Assembly (NCBI RefSeq): GCF_049243625.1
Contig: NZ_CP046975.1
Strand: one strand, 5' to 3'
Source: Corynebacterium amycolatum
GTDB lineage: Bacteria > Actinomycetota > Actinomycetes > Mycobacteriales > Mycobacteriaceae
DNA length: 32,000 bases
Shown here: positions 25,280-32,000 of the stretch, in pieces
Layout: every line of letters begins with the position of its first letter
How positions within the stretch are numbered: position 1 is the first letter of the stretch
Program-made: the position numbers and the translations under genes
The notes under the pieces: model-generated
Databases searched by the model: none
Told to the model about the DNA's origin: nothing
What the model saw: the letters and a program-made list of their open reading frames with translations, nothing else

Positions 25280-26605
25280 ATGACTGATAGCTCGGAAGCT
25301 GACAAACCCACGGACGCAGGGAACACCCCAGAGTCGGTGCAAAAACACGCCCGCGCGAATGCCAAGCGTTACGTTTGGGCGAACGGACTACAGAATATCG
25401 GCGATCAAATCGTCGCGGCGAAGACGCTGTTGCCATGGCTGCTGCATTCGGCTGGCGCGCCGGGCTTCTTCATCGCCATGCTTGTGCCGGTGCGCGAGTC
25501 CGGTTCGATGCTTCCGCAGGCCGCCCTCACACCTTGGGTGAAATCTCGCCCGCGCCGCACAACCGTCTGGATCGCTGGTGCTTTGGGGCAAGCCATCGCA
25601 GCAGCGCTGATTGGTCTGGCTGCGTTGTTCCTAGAAGGCACCGCGCTCGGCGTCGCTGTCATCGTCGCGCTTGCAGGCTTTGCAACGGCCCGAGCCCTGT
25701 GCTCGATGGCCTCAAAGGATGTCCAGGGCCGCACGATTCCGAAGGGGCAGCGCGGGCAGATTAGTGGCCGAGCTGCGATGTTGGGCGGTGTCGCCGCAAT
25801 TATTGTTGGTGCAGTGTTGTGGATTATCCGCGACAACGTCACCAAACCAATCGTGGCGGGGCTCATCTTTGTTGCGGCACTGTCGTGGGTAGCAGCAGTT
25901 TTGATTTTCCGTGGGATTGTTGAGCCCACCAACGAGGGGGACAAGGAAGAACCGAATAAAACCTGGTGGCAGGACACCTGGCGGCTCTTTAAAGAGGATA
26001 AGAACTTCCGCGACTTTGTGATCGTCCGTAGTTTGTTGCTGGTCACAGCATTATCCACGTCGTTCATCGTAACCCTAAGTGCACAGGTGGGAGCTGATCT
26101 GGAAGCCTCTGACGGTAGCGGCGGGGGAGTAAGCGCCAATGTCGGTATCTTCATGCTCGCCGCAGGCTTCGCCTCTTTGGTTGGTGGAAAAGTCGCCGGA
26201 ATCTGGTCGGATAAATCCTCGAAGAAGGTGTTGACCTACTCTTCGCTGGTCGGTTCTATTGTTCTCTTTTTGTTGGTCGCAAGTGCTCACTGGCTTTCCG
26301 CCGGTGCGAACGCTTGGATTTTCCCGCTCGGCTTCTTCGCGATGTCCGTCGTCCACGCCGGTGTTCGCGTGGCTCGTTCGACCTATGTTGTGGACATGGC
26401 AGAAGGAGACAAGCGCACCGAGTATGTCGGAGCAGCCAACACCATCATGGGCGTTGTCCTGCTCATCGTCGGTGCGCTTTCGGGTGTTATCGCCAGCTTC
26501 GGCCCTGCGGCAGCTTTAATCTTCCTGGCACTAATGGGACTGGTTGGTGTCGCTATGTCCAGCAGGCTGAAGGAAGTCTCGGCGCCGCACAAGGTGACGC
26601 CTTAG
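25280..26605 (+). CDS. MFS transporter
   Basis: About 12 predicted TM helices in 6+6 organisation with a central charged loop (NEGDKEEPNKTWWQD). ATG 25280 (MTDSSEADKP) is preferred over the 25208 opening. Confidence 0.8.
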   Translation: MTDSSEADKPTDAGNTPESVQKHARANAKRYVWANGLQNIGDQIVAAKTLLPWLLHSAGAPGFFIAMLVPVRESGSMLPQAALTPWVKSRPRRTTVWIAGALGQAIAAALIGLAALFLEGTALGVAVIVALAGFATARALCSMASKDVQGRTIPKGQRGQISGRAAMLGGVAAIIVGAVLWIIRDNVTKPIVAGLIFVAALSWVAAVLIFRGIVEPTNEGDKEEPNKTWWQDTWRLFKEDKNFRDFVIVRSLLLVTALSTSFIVTLSAQVGADLEASDGSGGGVSANVGIFMLAAGFASLVGGKVAGIWSDKSSKKVLTYSSLVGSIVLFLLVASAHWLSAGANAWIFPLGFFAMSVVHAGVRVARSTYVVDMAEGDKRTEYVGAANTIMGVVLLIVGALSGVIASFGPAAALIFLALMGLVGVAMSSRLKEVSAPHKVTP

Positions 26606-26634
26606 CAGGGCAGTTCTTTAACAAGGCGGAAGCG

Positions 26635-27234
26635 CTAGCTCACACTAACCGCTACAGCCTCATCGTTCTTGCGCCTGACAATGTCAATAACCAGCGCAGT
26701 ACCGATCACCGCAGCCCGCGTTTCCTCGTTCAAGTTCGGCTCCAAATGCAGAGCGTACGTGTCCTTGCCGGTAATAGCGCCTTTGAGACCACGGTACTTC
26801 CGGTCAATCTTCGCAATCGGGCGTCCCTTGCTGGTCAGTGCGTAATTTTTACCGCGGAAGCCGCCGTCAACATCGACGTCGGAAAGCCCTTTGACGGACA
26901 AAGTTAGCCGTGATTTTAGGCTGAATCGTTTGGTCTTGGCTGTGGCGATCTTAGCGCCGTTGGGTGTGAGAACCTTGTATGTGTCGCCGAAAACGTTCGC
27001 GGGGTCGGTGATGGTGAGGAGCTTGTCGCCCTCTTTGCCATCCTCGTCCATATCGAAGATGTCGTACTTGACACCGATGCCCAACATGCGTCGACCCAGT
27101 GATCCTGCTTGGGTAATTTGGGCAATCTGGGTGCCGTTGTCATCGAAAATAGAGTATTCACTGCGCATAACGTTGCGTGTTTCTTGAACTAGCAGTGTGT
27201 CGGTCGTAAGCAGTCGAGGTTTCTGTGTGTTCAC
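26635..27234 (-). CDS. LURP-one-related / tubby C-terminal-like (scramblase-like fold) family protein
   Basis: Repeating beta-hairpin pattern typical of the family (YSIFDDNGTQIAQI…KYDIFDMDEDG…LLTI…YKVLTPNGAKIATAKTKRFSLKSRLTL…YALTSKGRPIAKIDRK…DTYALHLEP). Recognised by pattern only. Confidence 0.55.
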   Translation of the reverse strand: MNTQKPRLLTTDTLLVQETRNVMRSEYSIFDDNGTQIAQITQAGSLGRRMLGIGVKYDIFDMDEDGKEGDKLLTITDPANVFGDTYKVLTPNGAKIATAKTKRFSLKSRLTLSVKGLSDVDVDGGFRGKNYALTSKGRPIAKIDRKYRGLKGAITGKDTYALHLEPNLNEETRAAVIGTALVIDIVRRKNDEAVAVSVS

Positions 27235-27263
27235 GAATTAGCTCCAAACTCGATGACAGTTAT

Positions 27264-28298
27264 TTAGAACTCTACGACCATCTTGCCGGTATTGCCTCCG
27301 CTAAACAGTTCGAGGAATGCAGCTGGCATGTTCTCGATACCGTGGCGAGTGGTGACATCGTAGGCGACCTTACCGCTGACGACCTGCGGAGCCATTCGCT
27401 CCTGGAATTCATCTGCCAGGTGCAGGTACTTGCCCAAGACGAAGCCGCGCAGAGTAATGCACTTGCCAATCGCCAGAGCCAAGTTACGTGGTCCGGTCGG
27501 AGCTCCAGTGTTGTTGTACTGGGAGATTGCGCCACACATAGCAACGCGGCCAAAGGTGCGCATCGCGCCGATGGCTGCCTCGAGATGGTCGCCACCGACG
27601 TTGTCGAAGTAGAAGTCAATGCCCTCTGGAGCGGCCTTTGCCAGCTGTTCTGCAACCGGGCCGTCGTTGTAGTTGAAGGCGGCATCAAAGCCGAGTTCGA
27701 GTAGACGCTCAACCTTCTCGTCCGAGCCGGCGGAGCCAATGACACGGGCTGCGCCCATCTGCTTGGCGAACTGACCAGCAGCCGAGCCGACCGCACCAGC
27801 AGCGCCAGAGATAAAGACGACGTCGCCTTCCTTCATCTCTCCGACAGCAGTCAGGCCAACGTAAGCAGTAAGTCCAGTAAGACCAAGGATGCCCAGGTGG
27901 GCAGCAGCCGGTGCAACGTTGAGGTCAACCGGTGTTGCCTCGGAATCGGCAATAACAGCATTGGTCTGCCAGCCATAAGAGTGGCGGACAGCGTCGCGAA
28001 CCTGGAACTTATCCGACTTGGACGCAAGGACAGTGCCCACAGCGCCGCCAGTCATTGGCTGGTCAAGCTGAAAAGGAGGAACGTACGACTTGGTGTCGTT
28101 CATCCGGCCACGCATGTAGGGATCGACGGTAGCGACCGAGTTGGCTACCAAAATGTCGCCGTCGTTAAGCTCTGGCAAATCGACGGTCTCGAGGCGGAAA
28201 TTCTCGTCAGTCGGCAGGCCGGTCGGTCGGGAAGCTAGAACCCACTGCTGAGTGGTGGTGGGCAGTTCGGTTGTGGACGATGCATCAGTGGAAGTCAC
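27264..28298 (-). CDS. NADP-dependent oxidoreductase (MDR superfamily, YncB/CurA/alkenal reductase type)
   Basis: An N-terminal GroES-like region, the cofactor motif ISGAAGAVGSAAGQFAKQMGA, and the C-terminal GKMVVEF typical of this subfamily. Confidence 0.88.
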   Translation of the reverse strand: MTSTDASSTTELPTTTQQWVLASRPTGLPTDENFRLETVDLPELNDGDILVANSVATVDPYMRGRMNDTKSYVPPFQLDQPMTGGAVGTVLASKSDKFQVRDAVRHSYGWQTNAVIADSEATPVDLNVAPAAAHLGILGLTGLTAYVGLTAVGEMKEGDVVFISGAAGAVGSAAGQFAKQMGAARVIGSAGSDEKVERLLELGFDAAFNYNDGPVAEQLAKAAPEGIDFYFDNVGGDHLEAAIGAMRTFGRVAMCGAISQYNNTGAPTGPRNLALAIGKCITLRGFVLGKYLHLADEFQERMAPQVVSGKVAYDVTTRHGIENMPAAFLELFSGGNTGKMVVEF

Positions 28299-28468
28299 TG
28301 TTTTTCTCCTGTTGCGTATTCCTGGATCTATTGTCGGATTGTTGTTGCGTGGCCTCTATATCGTGATAAATATCCGAGCCACGTAGGCTGCCACTGTACC
28401 GTTGCCGGAGTGGTTCAGGCTATGCCTAGACATGTTTTTATAACTTAAAGCGATTGGAAAAACGCAGG

Positions 28469-29092
28469 TTACGCCGCTTGTACCCAGGAATCGAGGCGCT
28501 CAATTAGAATGTCCAAGTCGTCCAACAGAGGCATGTCGGGCAGTCGTTCGGCGATTACGTTGCGGACATTCGTGTACCACCAGAGCTGCTGGCTCGAAGT
28601 TGAACGAAAGCGTCGCCACAGCGAGTGGCCTTCGCGGTCTAAATCCTCCAGAGTTTGGCTGAGATTGTGGAACTTATCCGCGGCGGCCACGATGATTGAC
28701 TCCGCGCTGCCACGAGAAAGTTGCTCCAGGTAGGCATCGGCACGCTCCTGCCAGGAGGGCAGGGAAGAGTCTTTGGTGACGCCCTCGACAATCTCAACCA
28801 CGCGAGGTCCGAACTCATCTTCCATCTCGGCACGTGAGTAGTTTTCCGGCACGTCTTCCAAAATGTCGTGGAAGAGGGCTGCCAACAGCACGTCTTCGTC
28901 GTTAGTCACGCTCGCCGCAATCAACATCACCGCCATTGGATGGCTGATATAGGGAACGCCAGATCCCTTTCGGTAGTGCCCATCGTGCGCGCGGGAAGCA
29001 GTTGCGATGCCGCGCATGAGCCTTTCACTGGGGCGTGTCGAAGCAAAGGTGTCAGCGTTTTCCATGGGTATCCCGACCTTTCGTTGATGCAT
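28469..29092 (-). CDS. HD-domain protein resembling the RelA/SpoT hydrolase domain (small alarmone hydrolase-like)
   Basis: GVPYISHPMAVMLIAA…LLAALFHDILEDVP…EFGPRVVEIVEGVTK matches the (p)ppGpp-hydrolase HD pattern. About 200 aa with no synthetase domain. The start may be ATG 29065 (MENADTF). Confidence 0.72.
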   Translation of the reverse strand: MHQRKVGIPMENADTFASTRPSERLMRGIATASRAHDGHYRKGSGVPYISHPMAVMLIAASVTNDEDVLLAALFHDILEDVPENYSRAEMEDEFGPRVVEIVEGVTKDSSLPSWQERADAYLEQLSRGSAESIIVAAADKFHNLSQTLEDLDREGHSLWRRFRSTSSQQLWWYTNVRNVIAERLPDMPLLDDLDILIERLDSWVQAA

Positions 29093-29113
29093 GAAAAATA
29101 GCAGCGTCTAAGC

Positions 29114-30217
29114 TTGAACATCATGAACGTCGCAGAAGTAGATCCGCTCATCGAGTCGATGTACCGGTGGTCCGATGTCAGTGGTGTCCTGCTCATGGGC
29201 ATCATCGGTGGCACCATCGCCCGGCAACGAGGCTACGACATCATCGGGTTCTTCTTTATTGCACTGTTCTCTGCACTGGGTGGCGGCATGATTCGCGATG
29301 TTCTGATTAACCAGGGCACCGTCGCCGCAATGAGTCAGCCGGAGTACCTAATCCTGGCATTCACCGGTGCACTTATCGCGCGATTTTTCTATTTCAAAGG
29401 TAAGACCTGGGAATACGTTCAGGTCCACGGTGACGCTGTGGTTTCGGGTCTTTGGGCCGCTACGGGAACGGTCAAAGGTGTCACGTATGGCTTGCCCATT
29501 CTGCCGTGCATCATGATGGGCGTTTTCACAGCCACTGGCGGTTCCATGATTCGTGACATTGTTACCGGACGGGTACCCGCTGTTTTCGGCGGCAATCAGC
29601 CCACGGTCATCCCCGCCGTGGCTTGCGCAATTATTGTCATCGGAGGCCACCATCTGGGATTTATGGCCGTGTCCATGGTCGTCGGTCCCGTCGTCAGCAT
29701 TCTGCTTTCGCTGCTGGGGTACTGGGGCAATTGGCGCGTATCGGCACGCTCTGAGTGGGCACCATTGAACGACACCGCGTCGCAGATTGCGGTCCTCGCG
29801 CGTCGCGCAGAGGGCAAGAGCCGTGAGGTCGGTCGACGCTTCGAGCCCGCGCGCCTGCGCAGTTGGCGCCACCGCCAGATGGAAAAAGCGCTGCAGCGTC
29901 GCATTCAGGCTGAGGTCGATAGGGGAGTATCGCGTTCCGACGCAGAGGCCAACGCGGAGGAATTCCTGGAGGAGTTCAATGCGGACTTCCCAGCGGATCT
30001 GGAAGTTCCGTCGGCACAACAGGAGACAGAGCAAGACGAAAGCGATGAATCCAATTTCGGTGTGGACCTATCCGGCGATTCCTATGACGATTACGGGGAA
30101 GATACTGCGCTGCGGCAGCGGGAATACCGGGAGATGTTGGATCAAATTCTTGCTGACGATGAGGCGACCGATTTGCTCGTCGCAAAGCTAATGAAGAAAT
30201 ACGACCAGCGGGATTAG
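29114..30217 (+). CDS. TRIC/UPF0126 (YadS-type) membrane channel with a charged C-terminal extension of about 160 aa
   Basis: Two UPF0126 repeats carry the signature glycine motifs ALGGGMIRDVLI and ATGGSMIRDIVT. TTG 29114 or ATG 29123 is the start. The tail from about 29740 is highly charged and acidic. Confidence 0.8.
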   Translation: MNIMNVAEVDPLIESMYRWSDVSGVLLMGIIGGTIARQRGYDIIGFFFIALFSALGGGMIRDVLINQGTVAAMSQPEYLILAFTGALIARFFYFKGKTWEYVQVHGDAVVSGLWAATGTVKGVTYGLPILPCIMMGVFTATGGSMIRDIVTGRVPAVFGGNQPTVIPAVACAIIVIGGHHLGFMAVSMVVGPVVSILLSLLGYWGNWRVSARSEWAPLNDTASQIAVLARRAEGKSREVGRRFEPARLRSWRHRQMEKALQRRIQAEVDRGVSRSDAEANAEEFLEEFNADFPADLEVPSAQQETEQDESDESNFGVDLSGDSYDDYGEDTALRQREYREMLDQILADDEATDLLVAKLMKKYDQRD

Positions 30218-30232
30218 AGGAGCGGTAGAGAC

Positions 30233-31528
30233 ATGGCATCGACGAGTACTGCGAGCAGGCATTTTGGGCACATTATTAAGGAACACACCCTTGAGGTTCC
30301 CTGGGATCCTTTTACCGGGGCTGCGGATGCTGCGACATTTGAGCTCTTCGCAAGGGAGATCTATGCGCCAGGAAATGAGGACGCGCCGGCAATTGTCTAT
30401 TTGCAGGGAGGTCCAGGCTTCCCGGCACCGCGTCCGGTGGGAACTAGCGGAGTAATTGGTGAGGCGCTGAAGGAATTCCGCGTGATTCTTTTGGATCAAC
30501 GTGGCACGGGGCGCTCGCATCGAATTGATGCGGCCAATATTGCGGATATTCCGGGCGCGCGGCTTGCGCAATTGCGTCAGGAATACATTGTCGAAGATGC
30601 GGAAGCATTGCGAAAGCATTTGGGCATTGCGAGATGGTCACTGTATGGGCAGTCCTTTGGTGGTTTTTGCATTACTTCATATCTCAGCCGCTATCCGCAA
30701 TCCGTGGAGCACGCTTACCTCACGGGTGGTTTGCCCGTTCTGGATCGTGGCGCTGACGACCTTTATCGCACGACATATGCGAAGCTGCGCACCCGCCACG
30801 AACGCTTTTATCGCGAATACCCGTGGGTGGAGAATCGCATTCGAGAAATCTGCGCGCACCTGGAGCAATCTGCAGAAACTCTCCCCACTGGTGAGCGTCT
30901 GAGTTCTCGCCGATTCCGAACCATCGGAATTGAATTGGGCCGCGGAGATGGATTCCATAATCTGGCGTATTTGTTGGAAGAGCCATTCCACATTCGCAAT
31001 GGCGAAAAGCAATTGCGCATTGATTTCCTAGCCGATGTCGGATCCCGCGTGAGTTTCGCCGAGGGGCCGCTATACGCCGCGATTCACGAATCCATTTATG
31101 GTGGCGTCGGGGAGCAGCCCACAACTAATTGGGCAGCGCACCGCATTCGCGAGGAGATTCCAGGTTTCGAAGAAAATGCCAATCCCGCAGGTGACGAGCT
31201 GTTTTACCTCACCGGCGAGCACATTTTCCCCTGGCAATTCGACGAAGACCCTGCGCTCATTCCGTTCAAGGAAAAGGCCGAAGAATTGGCGCAGCACACC
31301 TGGGAAAACTCGCCGTATGATTCCGCGCGCTTGCTTGCCGACGCTCCGACCTCAGCAGCCGCGATTTATCTCGACGACATTTTCGTACCGTTCGATTACT
31401 CGATGGGGACAGCCAACTGCTACCGAGATCTGCGACCACATGTGACCAATGCATTCCAGCATGACGGTATTCGCCACGATGGCGCGGCAATCTTTGCGCG
31501 GCTCCGCGGGCTCGTCGAGGATCACTAG
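30233..31528 (+). CDS. Alpha/beta hydrolase, proline iminopeptidase (S33) family
   Basis: VYLQGGPGFP, LDQRGTGRS and the nucleophile elbow LYGQSFGG; 431 aa. Confidence 0.85.
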   Translation: MASTSTASRHFGHIIKEHTLEVPWDPFTGAADAATFELFAREIYAPGNEDAPAIVYLQGGPGFPAPRPVGTSGVIGEALKEFRVILLDQRGTGRSHRIDAANIADIPGARLAQLRQEYIVEDAEALRKHLGIARWSLYGQSFGGFCITSYLSRYPQSVEHAYLTGGLPVLDRGADDLYRTTYAKLRTRHERFYREYPWVENRIREICAHLEQSAETLPTGERLSSRRFRTIGIELGRGDGFHNLAYLLEEPFHIRNGEKQLRIDFLADVGSRVSFAEGPLYAAIHESIYGGVGEQPTTNWAAHRIREEIPGFEENANPAGDELFYLTGEHIFPWQFDEDPALIPFKEKAEELAQHTWENSPYDSARLLADAPTSAAAIYLDDIFVPFDYSMGTANCYRDLRPHVTNAFQHDGIRHDGAAIFARLRGLVEDH

Positions 31529-31574
31529 GCGAGTATCCGAGCGCTGAGTCTTAGCGCGGTGAGCTCGACCGAGC

Positions 31575-32000
31575 CTAGACCTCTGCGCGCGCAAGTCGAG
31601 CAAAGGCGCCGTCGGCGCGCAAGAGGTTGTCATAAGTGCCGCACTCGATGAGTTGGCCGTTTTCGATGACCAGGATGTCATCGGCCTCGGTCAGAGTCTG
31701 AAGCCGGTGTGCAATGAAGATGCAGGTCGCGCCACATGCGCGGGCATTGTCGACGATACGAGCCTGCGTCAGTGGATCCTGGTGGCTGGTGGCTTCGTCG
31801 AAAATGACAATCTTTCCGGCGAGGTTGGCACCGGGGCCGTTGGGCACGGAACCGTCGGCAAGTACCGCGCGTAAGTAGGTGCGAGCCAGCGCCAGACGTT
31901 GACGCTGACCACCGCTAAGCCGCTGCGCGCGGCGGCCAATGGGCCTATCCAGCGGTAGCTCAGCAGGGTTGATGGCAGCGAGTTCGAGTGCCCAGTGCAT
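31575..32000 (-). CDS. ABC transporter ATP-binding domain, C-terminal part (the gene continues beyond the window end)
   Basis: ABC signature LSGGQRQRLALAR, Walker B IVIFDEATS and H-loop IFIAHRL. The frame is open to base 32000. Confidence 0.85.
   Translation of the reverse strand: MHWALELAAINPAELPLDRPIGRRAQRLSGGQRQRLALARTYLRAVLADGSVPNGPGANLAGKIVIFDEATSHQDPLTQARIVDNARACGATCIFIAHRLQTLTEADDILVIENGQLIECGTYDNLLRADGAFARLARAEV

Noticed and set aside
1-32000. Searched by eye for tRNA T-loop motifs (GGTTCGAATCC-like), rRNA, transposase/integrase genes, terminal inverted repeats and att-like duplications flanking the variable right half.
   Set aside because: None were found. The variable genes have the same GC and codon style as the core genes, so there is no sequence evidence for a recently acquired island or mobile element.

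Overview
High-GC (roughly 58-60% by eye) actinobacterial chromosome segment. Gene order and the S20, LepA and ProA sequences suggest Corynebacterium, which is an inference I could not confirm by search. Bases 1-13240 hold a conserved housekeeping block. On the + strand it runs sortase (3' end), a 50-codon membrane micro-ORF, proA, nadD, rsfS, a histidine phosphatase, degV, comEA, comEC and holA. An OsmC-family gene, rpsT and a PemK-like conserved hypothetical follow on the - strand, then lepA on +. Bases 13250-32000 look more lineage-variable. Here lepA is followed on + by an ankyrin-repeat protein, a Kef-type CPA2 antiporter with an RCK domain, a Cys-rich lipoprotein, a second histidine phosphatase and an ADP-ribosylglycohydrolase. 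Next come a circularly permuted lipoate-protein ligase (-), a TMD-only CDF-like transporter (+), a stand-alone nagB (-) and a small secreted protein (-). After those are a cupin (-), a TipAS-type MerR regulator (-), a 'predicted ATPase of the ABC class' with an RGG-rich insert (-), a divergent MFS transporter (+) and a LURP-one/tubby-like protein (-). The window ends with an NADP-dependent oxidoreductase (-), a small alarmone hydrolase-like HD protein (-), a TRIC/UPF0126 channel with a long charged tail (+), a proline iminopeptidase (+) and the 3' part of an ABC exporter gene (-). I recognised no rRNA, tRNA, CRISPR array, transposase, integrase or prophage genes. Nothing here is an unmistakable new system. 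The best leads are: (1) the cupin / TipA-like MerR / RGG-bearing ABC-class ATPase unit with the divergent MFS gene; (2) an orphan ADP-ribosylglycohydrolase run lying convergent to the permuted lipoate ligase; (3) an ankyrin protein with an NLS-like N-terminus apparently co-transcribed with lepA; (4) two perfect DnaA-box 9-mers wrapped around the degV terminator in front of comEA; (5) a repeat cluster in the OsmC-rpsT spacer. All functional calls rest on motif recognition by eye, since no database search was possible.
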